From Leucoraja ocellata (Eukaryota): a stretch of 64,000 nucleotides of DNA. Below the pieces are notes generated by a model. That model was not told where the DNA came from. It saw only the letters and a program-made list of their open reading frames with translations, and searched no databases. Location of the stretch: the NCBI GenBank assembly GCA_036785375.1, contig JAWMAR010000007.1:17174001-17238000 (forward strand), in the 5' to 3' direction. This document shows, piece after piece, positions 11,359-24,545 of the stretch (positions are counted from its first letter, which is position 1; each line of letters opens with the position of its first letter). The position numbers were made by a program, and so were the translations under genes.

Positions 11359-11968
11359 CTTGGATCTTGGTTACTTGGTCCTCCAAAATATTCCAACTGG
11401 AATTTAAACTGGAGGTGGTGAAGGGAGGGATTAAGCCAGAAAGGGTTATTGGGAAGAAAGTGCTACTTTAAATTTAGTTGCATCTGGTTGGGTAACTATA
11501 GTTGGGTGGAGATTATTCCATGCTTTAATTGTGCGTGGGAAGAACGAATTGCTGTACACATCTGTCTTTGTAGCTGGGATCACGAATTGGATCGAATGCC
11601 CTCGTCTGCTCCTAATTGGTTTGGGTTTGGTGTAGGTCTTGTGATCCATGTCTAGCTGACCATTTAACATTTTGTAAAAACAGGTCAAACGGTGAGCTTC
11701 ACGTCTGTCTTGGAGAGGGTTCCACCCCAGAGAATTCAGAAGTTTGGTGACACTCGCTTCTCTCTCATAGGTGTTAGTAACAAATCGAGCGGCCTGTCTT
11801 TGGACACGTTCGATGGATGAAATGTTTTTATCTGTGTATGGGTCCCAAGCTGCAACTGCGTAGTCCAAATGAGGTCTAACGAGGGTGAAATACAGCTTCT
11901 CCTTGACAGAAGCTGAACAATGATGAAAGTTGCGCCTCAGGAAGTTTAGGACACCTGTTGCTTTCACC
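11359..11968 (-). mobile_element. RTE-X-type LINE 3' fragment
   Basis: Open C-terminal peptide HLDYAVAAWDPY..ERVQRQAARFV..SFFPRTIKAWNNL; tail ccaagtaaccaagatccaaga. Confidence 0.75.
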
Positions 11969-12393
11969 GTTGCAAGAATGGGGGGTGAGGACACATTGTC
12001 AAAGAAATACAGGTCTTGTCCAGGTTACGGCACGGTTCCATTCCAACCCCACTGTTGCAACAGGTACCCACTCCAGTGGCCTTCCCACTACTACTGGGCT
12101 GCCACCCAGTCCAGGCCCTTGACACTACAGAGGGGACTCTCTTCACCTCTCCTGACCACCCTGAGTCTAGGCCCCCAGCGCTCCTCTCCCTACTCATTAT
12201 CCCCTTCTCCCTAGGCTCGACCCCAGTTCTAACCATTGCCATGTCTGCACCATCACCCCCACACCCTCTCTCGAACGTCGGGTTGTCTAACAGCGGCAGA
12301 GAGCATGGCTTTGTACCCTGCACCCACTCCTCAAACAGTTCTGAGGCCAATATAATGATGAGCTCTTCTTTCATTGTCTCCAGCTCCAGGCCT

Positions 12394-12606
12394 TGCAGTC
12401 CCTCCCCTGCTTACAAACGGCTAACTTATGTATAGCTAGTACAGGTAGGTGAGTGTTTGGGAGGCCAGCAGGATTGATTTGCTGGCTGCCTCAAGCTGTG
12501 GGCATTATCTGTTATATGGGAGCACGGTTTATCGCCATATATCTGACAGCGAACTGTTCCGGCTACGAATAAATCACAGGAATGGAACCGTGCCGTAACC
12601 TGGACA
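12394..12606 (+). mobile_element. Probable solo LTR (213 bp)
   Basis: TG...CA ends, AATAAA at 12568, flanks aggcct/agacct; interrupts colinear Penelope sequence. Confidence 0.55.
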
Positions 12607-13248
12607 AGACCTGTATTTCTTTGACAATGTGTCCTCACCCCCCATTCTTGCAACTTCAAAACTCTCTTCCTCTTGGGCACACCTTTCAGTCCTGTTACCC
12701 ACTCTTGATCTTTTCATTTCCAACTTCCATCACAACATCAATTTCCTTGACTTCACCCAGACCAAATGCACATTTCTCCATTTACTTTGTATCAATCCTG
12801 TCCTCATAATAACACCTGCAGATAAGGCAGTGCCTTTGTGGTTTAGCGGACTGACCACCCTCTACCTTGCAAGGGCCGAGTCTTACCTCTCCCAGACCAT
12901 GAACCCCACCAATGAACATGAGGCCACTGTCTCCTGTACCATCACAGATCTCATCACATCAGGAGATCTCCCCTTCATACCCTCCATCCGGAAAGTGTCC
13001 CAACCTCGCGTTGTCCGCTTCTCATTTATCCAAGATACACAAACAGGACTGTCAAGGCATGCCTCTCATCTCAACCTGCATTTTCGCCACCAAACTTAAT
13101 TCTTCATACTTCGATCTGACCTATCTGCCCTTGTCCCTTCCCATCTGGGACACCTATCATATCCTCCACCATTTTTACAACTTCCAATTCTCTGGCCCCA
13201 ATCGCCTTATTTGTCTTGCATAGCTCAGTTCCCATCAGGGAAGTCTTA

Positions 13249-13430
13249 AGGGTCTGTCCCACTTGGGCGCCATTTGTGCGTAATTTAAGTGTCATCATGG
13301 TGCGCATTATGCGCGCATGGTTCCTGGTTACCTTGGCGGTTGCGCGAGGCGCCCCAGTATATTGTGATGTACAAAATCTTTGCGCGCCATCTGCGTGACG
13401 CGCAAATGACATCCAAGCGGGACAGGCCTT
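13249..13430. mobile_element. PIF/Harbinger-type MITE
   Basis: TIR agggtctgtcccacttgg / ccaagcgggacaggcctt; TTA TSD; removing it restores the Penelope sequence. Confidence 0.8.
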
Positions 13431-14429
13431 TTAGGGCCCTCCACTTCTTTCTGGACAAAGACCTAATTAGCTCCCATTCACTAACCAAGGCAGAATGTAT
13501 TCTTACCTTCAACACCTTCATTTCCTCCCACATGGATATTCAAATAGACCCGAGTATGATAGTCTTTTCATCAGCTACGTGGAATAGTTTTTGTCCCAAA
13601 CCTACTCTGCGACTCCACCTTAACTTCCTCTGCTACAATGACAACTGCAGAATTCATCAATTTTATCACATACCTTACACCCTGCCCTCAAATTCATTTA
13701 GACTATTTCTAACACCACTCTAACTTGATCTCTCCATCTCCATCACAGGAGACAAACTATCCACCACCAAATAGTATAAACCCACTGACTTTCAAAGCTA
13801 TCTCAACGACACCTCATTTCATCCTGTCTCGGGTCAGGTCACCTTCCATTTCTTTCAATGTTTCCATCTCTACCGCATCTGTTCTCACGATGAAACTTTT
13901 TGTACCAGTATCTCTGAATTTTCCTCCTTTTGTAGGAAATATGGCTTCCCCTTCACCATTGTTGAAGAAGCGAGCCCTCACTGACATTCTTACTCCCAAT
14001 CCTACTGGTCCATCTTGGGTCTCTCTCCCTTGTTCACCTTTCCCATTTATACCTGTCCATTACTTACACACACATTGACCTGAACTTCCCTCTCCCCTGA
14101 CCTGCTTTCCCTATCTCCAACTGTATCTCGTTCTGTCTTTCCATTATACCCCTCTTCCTCTCCTTACCTGGTACCACATTTCTTTCTTCCTGCCATTGCT
14201 TTGCCTCTACCTGCTGAGTTCCTCCAGTGGTTTGTTTTTTGATCCTGATTCCAGCATCTTATGTTTGCAGGGAATGTGGAATAGCGTATAATAAACTGTC
14301 GCGAATTGAGGATTAATTGGGGACAGAGTTGAGACGGAAGAGTATGAGCTGCAGTGTCACGTGGACTGCTGTTGAGTCTCCAACTGTTACCACCTGTAAC
14401 AATAATTTGGATGAGAGGACCAAGAAACG

Positions 14430-15840
14430 GGAATAGTGCCGGAGGATTGGCGTACTGCGCATGTTGTTCCATTGTTTAAAAAGGGGTCTAAGAGTAAACC
14501 TAGCAATTATAGACCTGTTAGGTTGAAGTCAGTGGTGGGCAAATTAATGGAAAGGATACTTAGAGATAATATATATAAGCATATGGATAAACAGGGTCTG
14601 ATTAGGAACAGTCAACATGGATGTGTGCCTGGAAGGTCATGTTTGACTAATCTTCTTGAATTTTTTGAAGAGGTTACTCGGGAAATTGATGAGGGTAAAG
14701 CAGTGGATGTTGTATATATGGACTTCAGTAAGGCCTTTGACAAGTAGCAAGATGTATTCAACAGTGGCTGAATGGGAGACGCCAGAGAGTAATGGTGGAT
14801 GGTTGTTTGTCAGGTTGGAGGCCAGTGACTAGTGGCGTGCCACAGGGATCTGTGGTGGGTCCACTGTTGTTTGTCATGTATATCAATGATCTGGATGATG
14901 GTGTGGTCAATTGGATTAGTAAGTATGCAGATGATACTAAGATAGGTGGGGTTGTGGATAATGAAGTAGATTTTCAAAGTCTACAGAGAGATTTATGCCA
15001 GTTGGAAGAGTGGGCTGAAAGATGGCAGATGGAGTTTAATGCTGATAAGTGTGAGGTGCTACATCTCGGCAGGACAAATCAAAATAGGACGTACATGATA
15101 AATGGTAGGGAATTGAAGAATGCAGGTGAACAGAGGGATCTGGGAATAACTGTGCACAGTTCCCTGAAAGTGGAATCTCATGTAGATAGGGTGGTAAAGA
15201 AAGCTTTTGGTGTGCTGGCCTTTATAAATCAGAGCATTGAGTATAGAAGTTGGGATGCAATGTTAAAATGTACAAGGCATTGGTGTGGCCAATTCTGGAG
15301 TATGGTGTACAATTTTGGTCGCCTAATTATAGGAAGGATGTCAACAAAATAGAGAGAGTACAGAGGAGATTTACTGGAATGTTGCCTGGGTTTCAGCAAC
15401 TAAGTTACAGAGAAAGGTTGAACAAGTTAGGGCTTTATTCTTTGGAGCGCAGAAGGTTAAGGGGGGACTTGATAGAGGTCTTTAAAATGATGAGAGGGAT
15501 AGACAGAGTTGACGTGGATAAGCTTTTCCCACTGAGAGTATGGAAGATTCAAACAAGGGGACATGACTTGAGAATTAAGGGACAGAAGTTTAGGGGTAAC
15601 ATGAGGGGGAACTTCTTTACTCAGAGAGTGGTGGCTGTGTGGAATGAGCTTCCAGTGAAGGTGATGGAGGCAGGTTTGTTTTTATCATTTAAAAATAAAT
15701 TGGATAGTTATATGGACGGAAAAGGAATGGAGGGTTATGGTCTGAGCGCAGGTATATGGGACTAGGGGAGAATACGTGTTCGGCACGGACTAGAAGGGTC
15801 GAGATGGCCTGTTTCCGTGCTGTAATTGTTATATGGTTAT
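14430..15840 (+). mobile_element. CR1 LINE RT + 3' end, relatively young
   Basis: PEDWR..NYRPV..SQHG..DFSKAFDK; SGVPQGS; KYADD; TRGH; (gttatat) tail. Confidence 0.92.
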
Positions 15841-15842
15841 AC

Positions 15843-16360
15843 GAGTCAAGAGTGCTTTATTGTCATATGTCCTAATAGTGGACATAATATTGCAAAAAGG
15901 CAAAACCATGACTATGTACTTCAGAGTTTATTTGCAGTGTTTAATAGACTGATTACTGTAGGGAAGAAACTGTTCTGAACCTCGATGTTACAGTATTCAG
16001 GCTCCTATATCTTCTTCCCGATGGCAGGAGTGAAATGAGTGTGTTGCCAGGGTGGTGTGGGTCTCTGATAATGCTGGCTGCCTTTTTGAGGCAGCGACTC
16101 CTGTAAATCCTTTTGATGGTGGGGAGGTCAGAGTCAGTGATGGACTGCGCAGTGTTCGCTGCTTTTTGCAGTCTTCGTCGCTCCTGGGTATTCAGGTTGC
16201 CGAACCAGTCAATATGCTCCCTACTGTGTACACCCATAAAATTTCAAGAGAGTCCTCTCTGAAAACCAGAATCTCTGCAATCTCCTCAGGAATTAGAGGT
16301 GTTGATGGGCTTACTTTATAATTGCATCAGTGTGCTGGGTCCAGGACAGATCTTCAGAAA
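15843..16360 (-). mobile_element. Rex1-type LINE 3' fragment
   Basis: RCLKKAASIIRDPHHPG..LLPSGRRYRSL. Confidence 0.8.
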
Positions 16361-16734
16361 TTTTGTAAAAGGAATTTGTAATAATCCAAACTTGTACAAA
16401 ATTAGGTGCCAGTGTGTATCATGAGGAGTATGTAGAGAGGGCGACAACAGGCAAATGGAGTTTAATTTACAAAACTTTTTTTAATAGTGAGCTTATTGAA
16501 AAGTATTTGTGTTCAAAGCAATCAATATGTCCTTGAACATTAATAACTGAAAATGAAGGTGTAGGTGTAACACGTTATTGGTAAGGCACACGATATAGAG
16601 TTATACAGCACGGAAACAGACCCTGGCCCAACTCATCCATTCCAACCTATATTGGCTTTGTTGACCTTTACTGCAAGAAGATTCAAGCACAGAAGCAGCA
16701 AATTCCTACTGCAATTATTTTGGGTCATTGAGAG

Positions 16735-18425
16735 AGTAGAGTCATAGATAGTCATAGAGTGATACAATGTGGAAACAGGCCCTTCGGCCCAACTGGCCCA
16801 CAACGGCCAACAATGTCCCAGCTACACTAGTCCCACTTGCCTGCACTTGGTCCATACCACTCCAAACCTGTCCTATCCATGTAGCTGTCTAACTGTTTCT
16901 TAAACGATGGGATAGTCCCAGCCTCAACTACCACCTCTGGCAACTTATTCCATACACTCACCACCCTTTGTATGAAAAAGTTACCTCTCGGATTCCTATT
17001 AAATCTTTTCCCCTTCACCTTGAACCTATGTCCTCTGGTCCTCGATTCCCCTACTCTGGGCAAAAGACTCTGTGCATCCACCCAATCTATTACTCTCATG
17101 ATCTTATACACCTCTATAGGATCACCCCTTATCCTCTTTTCTGAACCCTTTTAAGCTTGACAACATGGTGCCCCGAACTGAACACAATATTCTAAATGTC
17201 GTCTCACGAACGTCTTGTACAACTGTAACATGACCTCCTAACTTCTATATTCAATACCCTGATTGATGATGGCCAAAGTGCCAAAAGCCTTTTTGACCAC
17301 CTTATCTACCTGCAACTCGACCTTCAAGGAACCATGCACCTGTAATCCTTGATCCCTCTGCTCTACAACACTACCCAGAGGCCTACCATTTACTGTGTAG
17401 GCCCTGCCCATGTTCGATGTCCTAAAATACAACACTTCACACTTCTCTGTATTAAATTCCATCAACCATTCCTCCGCCCACCTGACCAATCGATCCAGAT
17501 CCTGCAGCAATCGTTCACAATCATCTTCACTATCTGCAAAACCACTAACTTTTGTATCATCAGCAAACTTGTTAATCTTGGCCTGTAGGTTCTCATTCAA
17601 ATCATTGATATAGATGACAAACAGTAATGGGCCCAGCACCGAATCCTGAAGCACACCACTAGTCACAGGCATCCAGTCTGAGAAGTAACTTTCCACCATT
17701 ATCCTCTGCTTCCTTCCATTTTTGCCAATTTGCTATCCATTCAGCTATCTCTCCTTGGATCCCATGCGATATAACCTTCCAGAGCAGCCTACCATGCAGA
17801 ATCTTGTTGAACGTCTTACTGAAGTCCATGTATACAACATTTGCAGCTTTGCCTTTTTGGTCACGTCTTCAAAAAAATCAAACAGATTTGTGAGACACGA
17901 CCTCCCACGTATAAAACGATGCTGACTATCCCTAATCAGCGCTTGCCCATCCAAATTCCTGTATATCCTATCCCACAGAATACTCTCTCCAGTAACTTAC
18001 CAACTACAGATGTTAAGCTCACCGGCCTATAGTTCCCAGCATTTTCCCTGCAACCCTTCTTGAAAAGAGGTACAACATTTGCCACCCTCCAGTCTTCTGG
18101 CACCTCTCCTGTATTTAAGGACGACTCGTAAATTTCAACCAGGGCTATTTTGTCCACTAACCTTTCCCACACCATCCTTTATACGAACCTCTAGCCTCTC
18201 ACGTGCCTCTGTCCAGCATGAGATCCCACCCCCCGCCAATCTAGTTTAAACCCTCACGTGTAGCATTAGCAAACCTTCCCGCTGGGATGTTAGCCCTCCT
18301 CCAGTTTAGGTGCAACCCGTCCATTTTATACTGATCACCTACTGCCCCGGAAGAGATCCCAATTATCCAAGAAATCTGAATTCCTGCCCCTGCACCAACT
18401 CCTCAGCCACACATTCATTTCCCCC
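16735..18425 (-). mobile_element. CR1 LINE; RT portion abuts an ORF1 esterase remnant
   Basis: EVPEDWR, KFADD and 3' (ctatgact) tail; 18240-18412 encodes a WLRSWC..FRFLD.W..DGLHL-like SGNH segment. Confidence 0.85.
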
Positions 18426-21400
18426 TATCTTCCTATTCTGAAACATTCTTCTTGAATCTGGCCTGCTAAAGTTACGGTATGCATGTGATATACTGAGAAC
18501 AGTGAAGGTTCATCAGGTTGAATCCTGGGATGTCATTTGAGGGGAGATTAAGCAGAATGAGCCTCTTGTTTATTATGATTGTGACTGCATTGAAACTTGC
18601 AGAATTCTTACAAGGAATTTGATGCAGGGATAATGTTTCCCCTGACTGGTGGTGCCAAGGACAAGGAGCAAAGTAAGGAATCTGGCATGTTTAGTACAGA
18701 GATAAAAAATAATTTTCATCTGGAAAGTTATGAATCTTTGGAATTTTCCAACCAAGAGGGCTGTGGAGCTCAGTCAGGACAAAGTATATTCAAACTATTT
18801 TGGGGGTTGAGGGATTTTAGGCCGCTGCAAGGAAGGGATGTGAAAATAAAAGATCATGTTGAGTGGCAGAAAAGTAAAACAGGGCTGAATGGCTTTCCTT
18901 GCTATATTACCTGTAGTCATATGTTGAATTCCTGTCAGAAAAAGTCCTTCATAAAAGATCCTATGTGTCATTTAAGAAAAATTGTACACCCTGACACATT
19001 TTCATTTTGACAAGGATTAATTAAATCAAAAGATTTTTTTAGCAGAATCCCAAAAATATTTTTTAAATGAAGCATTGTTAGACATAAGCTTAACTATAAA
19101 ATGCAGGTGCAGTAAATTCTATTAAAAGACGTACCCATTATTTTGTATTGTAAATATTCATCCATCTCAGAAAATAGCATCATGACTGAAATATGTAGTT
19201 ACATATATTTATTTATGCCATGCTTGCCATGCAGGTTTCCCAAATCAGCTATGCATGTGAAGTCTAAATTAAGTTTAGCAAATGTTTTCTTTCCAATAAA
19301 GCTTACGCAGTAAATGCATGTTCATACAAAATCTGTTCAAGTATATGCTCTTTAATGTTGAAAATAGAAATGCATATCATAAGGATATCATCTATTTTGC
19401 TTGAAGAAGGTCAGCTGTGGGAGAGAGCTGAGTAATAAGTCAGATATTATTGACTGGAAGGAATGTGTAAAATACCACACTGTTTGGTCTTTGGTGTCAT
19501 ATGTACATTGTTCCCTGCTGTTATTGGCAATCTTTCTTTGTATTCTGACACCAAACATTTCCCTGGTGGCTGTTGTCACAGAAAAAAGAGAATTATCAAT
19601 ATTGCAGTTAAACTCAACTTTCAAAGATGATAGCAACTCATTGGAGGGCTCAGATTTAATGAATTTTCTTTGATTTTTGGTGAGATTTTAAACATCAAAC
19701 AATAAATTGGCCTGGGTGCAGTAAAATATTTAGATCTATTGACTGTAGCAGTGAGATGGAGACAGCAAAAAAAATCACTTGTGGTTTGGGTTTTTCCTTT
19801 TATCAGCCTGAATTTCTGTAAAAAGGCTAAAGAAAGATTTTCAGAAGTATTTTAATATTTAATTATACATTTACTACAGAACTAGAGATGAGTGTACCCT
19901 TGCTGAACACGTTCATTTTTGTGATAATTGTTACCAGCTCAAATTTTGTATGCACATAAGTCCAATTGTCTCCGAGGAGATGTCCTCTCCTTCATCCAGT
20001 ATGCCTTGTATCCAGCCCAGAGCATGAAAAACTAGTTCACTCAAGACCCAGTTTTTCCATAAAAATTGCATCACGGTATTTCTAGTAGGTATTTGCTAGG
20101 CCAAAATATTGTTTGTACTTGAGCAATGTAACGGGGGAAATGTGAAATCCCAATTTCTCAAGCCAAAGGCCTGGAATAATAAGGAAGCTCTCCATAAAAG
20201 AGAAAGGAAACCTGACTGTTATTTTGTAAACATGTTTTCCCATAAAATAAATTACTTTTAATACAAGACATGCCTTTGTTTTGTTTTTTAATTGGACTTT
20301 AGAATTGTACTCAGAAGCAATGATCAGCTCTTCTGAGATGTTTAAGAAAGAATCATTGTTTTGCACTTTCCCTTCTCTCAGCCCTGGATTTTGCTTCAGG
20401 AGCTTACTGACTGCTAAGTAAGTTGTTACTGGCAATGCATTTCATCAACATTTAAAAGGAGCCAGGGTGTAAATATAGTTGCGCTCTGTCATTAAATCCA
20501 ATGTTTATATTATTTGGCTGGGTTTATTAAATAAAATGTCATGACAAAAACTAATCTATATGACTCTTACTGTCGTGAGGGTCAAAGTTGGATTCCTAGG
20601 TGCAGGGCATAACAGTTTTGTAAGTGGGAATATCACATTCTGGAAGATCACTTTGAAAGGAAGTTAGGGCTCTTTAACAAGAAAATAAGTATTTTCTAAT
20701 GTGGCTTTCTTATTGTGAAGTGAAACATTGCCATATAAAACATTCTGCAAGCCATGCCTGTTTTTTTTTTGCCTCAGTCATTGGAACTCTCTTGCTCGAA
20801 ATGCAGTGGAAGGGAAATATTTCAATGTTTTTAAGATGGAGGTAAATAAATACAATAATTAAGGAGGTTAAAGATAAGGACTAATCAATAAAAGTCTTTA
20901 TGACTATGTCTAGTGAAGATCCTATTTGACAAATTTGATTGAATTTAAACGTGTATTGATGAGAATGATGAAATAAAGATGAAGATTTACAAGGACTTCA
21001 GTGGAGTCTTTAACAATATCCCTCTTGACAGATTAGTTCAAAAGTTCAAAGTTTTTTAGCCTCTGATCCAGGGCAAGTTCATGGTGTGGAAGGAAGTTTT
21101 ACGCTGTAGAGAGACATCGATGTTTTGCTGAAATAGGCTGAAAAATGGCAGATGTTTAATCCAGACAAATTAGAGAAGATGCATTTGGGGAGATTATGTC
21201 TTAAGGGGTATTAGAGTGAGGGACTCCAAAATAAAAGTTCCAAGATCCTAAAAGGTGGCAACACAGATAAACAATTTGTTTGGGAGTCCAAATGGGTGAC
21301 CACCGTGTTACAACTGTTTGTGTAATAGAACTTCCCAGTAAAGAAAACACAAATCACCACCCAAGAAATTTCACTCTCACAGAATCTATGTGAAAAAGCA

Positions 21401-22154
21401 AATAAATAATAATTTATTATTCAACTCTTGTTTCTTGACATGTACAGATTAAGCAGCTTCATGTTACGAGACATTTTCTAGTATTGCAACCTCCCCCCTA
21501 CAAGTGTGGAGATCATCTGTACCCACATTCATTCATTGGAGCATTGAATACAAAAGTAGGGAAGTTATTCCCCAACGTTACAAAACCTTGGTCAGACCTC
21601 AGTTGGAGTACAGTGTTCGGTTCTGGTTACCATACTGTAGGAAGGATGTGATAACGATGGAGAGGATAGAGAAGATTCCCTAGCATGTTGCCTAGGGTCA
21701 AATGTGTTATTTGTGGGGAGAGACTGGCGAGGCTAGAAGTTAGGTTGGGACATAATTAAGGTGCATAAAATGATGATGGTATTGATAGGATAGACTGCAG
21801 GAAACCTTTCCCCATGTCATAGTAAGGTAAAACTAGAGGACATAGGTTTATGGTAAATGAGAAGAGACCCAGAGGGGTTATTAGGGGGGGGTCCTTCATC
21901 ACCCTGAGGGTGAGTACTTGAAATGCATTGCCTGAAACAGTGGTAGGAAATGGTTTGCTGACAACATTTAAGCAGTGTCTAGATGACCACTTCAATCGCT
22001 TAGGTATGCTCCAGTTAAACAGGATGAGACCATATAGATGGCATTGCATAGAACGTTACTTGCATTATTTAAGGAAGAATGCTTGAAAGTAGTTTGATAC
22101 TAATATCCGGAATGGGCAAGTTGTCCTTTATGGAGATAGGTTAGATTTGTAGTC

Positions 22155-22571
22155 ACTGGATTGTTAACTTGTCGTGGTGGAGAAAATTGTGTGGACCTAA
22201 GATCCTGAGAGCGATACCGTCAGGAGCTATGCTCCTGGTAGGGCCACCCATGGCGGTACGGTCGAGGGGGAGGTCTCTGATAAAGAGCAATCCAACCAAG
22301 ACCTCAACAGTGGAACAGACAGAGGATGACGGCTGACCATAGTGGAGTGTAACAACGGCTGGGAAGGCGGATGAAGGCTGCAGCAGAAAAGGGTCTCCGG
22401 TCGTCTTGGACTCCATGCCACTGGATCCTGACCCAGATCAAAGACCGTGGGGTGGCTGTCTGTGCACCAGTCTCCCCACGTTAAACAAAGTCACGCACAG
22501 GCGTCCTCCATATAGAGAATAACACCCTGGAGCCACCCATGGTCAGCCATGACCAAGGGGGGCCTAAGAAG
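22155..22571 (+). mobile_element. Non-autonomous RTE-derived (Expander/BovB-like 5' end) short element
   Basis: cttgtcgtggtg...tgctcctggtagggccaccca leader recalled from RTE 5' UTRs; aagaag tail; agtc flanks; interrupts a CR1. Confidence 0.65.
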
Positions 22572-23769
22572 AGTCAAGGGTGAGAGGGGACCTGTTGAAA
22601 CATAAGATACTTACCGAGCGGTCTTGAGAATGTGGATGTGGAGAGAATCAAGAAGCTGTCACCCATTTAAAAAGAGAAAGGAATGACTTTTCTTTCCTTT
22701 CAGAGTGTTGTGAGTTTCAAAGTACAGTGGAAGCAGAATCTTTGAATATTTTCAATGCAGAGTATTTTCAATTCTAGATAAGCAAGTTGGTGAAGGGTTA
22801 TCAAGGGCGGGTAAGAATATAGAATTAAATTTAGTGTCAGATCCATCACAATCCTTCTGAATGGCCGCATCGGATTGATGGCTGAATGGCCTACTTCTAT
22901 TCCTAATCCTTATGAATGTTTGGGAATCACTCGCCTAAATGGTGAGAGATTGCTGAGCTCTGAGTTGCAGAGGCATTAAGCGTCCCAATGCATTTTCATA
23001 AAAGGCAAGTATAGAGTACAGTAAGTAATTAGGAAAATTTGCAGAATATTGTTGCTTACTCAGAGGAATTCTGTATTAAGTAGGGAGCTCAGAAACATTC
23101 AGGATGGCATTAAGAAACTCATCCATTTGTTGGGAGCACAAGAAGCCCAAGTGGCAGAAGGAGTAGTCCACCTCCAAAACTATTCACCTGTCTATTGCAC
23201 CAAATACCATAGCCTGACCTGTAGCATTGGCCTCAACAGTCGACTCAAAAATCACAAGAACAGGAGTGGATGATTTCAATTCTTCTAATAAATAGAGTCT
23301 ATGACTCCTTAGTCCTGTTGAATGACCTGTCAGTTGTGGGAGAATCCTTCTCCCATGCTGGACAACCACGAGTCATCAATTGGGAACGGCTCAGATTTTT
23401 GATTTTAGAAGTTAAATAATCACTGTTATGACTGAAGTGCATTTGTGAGATTGATTGTGATATATGTTCGAGAAAGTGGTCACCCACAGCTTAAACTGAA
23501 CTGAGAGGGATCTGGTTGATATACACCTGATTAGGAAGACCAAGCAAGGGATACATCACTCCTTTTAACCAATATCACCTCTGAACACTAAAGTAATATT
23601 CTCCAACATACAGCCAGAATTAAGTCTTTAGGACCAGGGTGCATCGTTGACTCAGGAACAGCATGGGGATAGAAACTACAGGAGAAATACAGTGAGAGAA
23701 CATTTGATAGGTATTGATGTGGCCACAAACATGCCTCTTGGTATCAGAGCCTAGGATGGTGTGATCAAA

Positions 23770-24545
23770 CAAGAAATTGCTGAAGAAATTCGGCAGGTCA
23801 AAAGCAGCATCTGTGGAGGTAAAGGAATGTTCTAGATTTCTGCTCGAAACCCTGCTTCATGACTGAGAGTGTTAAGGGAAGGTAGCCGGTGTACAGAGGT
23901 GAAAAGGAGAGATGATAGCAGAGCTGGTACGTGATAGGCAGAACCAAGTGAGGTGGGAATGATGGGCAGATGAAGTCAGGTGGAAAATGGGGAGGGGAAA
24001 GTAGAACTAAACACTGGAGATGATAAATGGAACCACATTAATTAAGGATAATGGACAGATGGAGTCAGAGGGGAGTGGGACCGGAGGTTATAGACAGAGG
24101 CTGGGGGAAACAGATAAAGATAGAAAGAGAAGAATGGGATGTAGGTCAGAAAAATAGCACCTCACATTCTATTTGGGTAGCCTGTAACTGAATGGTGAGA
24201 AAACTGAAATTTCCATTGTCATGCAAATCCTGTGTTCCTTCCACAGTCCCATCGGCCCCCCTAATTTATCTCTCCCATTTCTTCTTTATTCACCTATTCC
24301 ACCCCCCATCCTCTCTCTACATCAGTTACCTGGATGTAGTATCCTCCCCCAACTTGGTTATGCCTACTCATCACTAGGCACCTAAACGCCCCTGGGTTTC
24401 TTATCCCTTGGCTCCTCGTCCTATTCCCCCCACACACACATACCATTCTATCTGCCCATCATTCCCGCTTTCCCTAGATCAACTACCACCCTCTAAGTCC
24501 ACCTTCACCCTCTCCATTCCCCACTAGTCTGCATCTGAACTTTCT
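23770..24545. repeat. Old Penelope remnant with inverted arrangement
   Basis: Minus-strand 3' tail at 23770-24150, then a plus-strand remnant of the QHLIFRLGSL..GMNIEF terminus at ~24153-24215. Confidence 0.55.

Larger units (their letters stand above)
11272..14270 (+). pseudogene. Degenerate Penelope-like element interrupted by RTE-X, a solo LTR and a Harbinger MITE
   Basis: Frameshifted peptides ITPADK, PTNEHEATVS, SKIHK, ALHFFLD, YKPTDF are colinear with the 7884 ORF. Confidence 0.8.

Noticed and set aside
21277-21502. TG...CA-bounded insert within a CR1 (possible LTR remnant)
   Set aside because: No convincing TSD.
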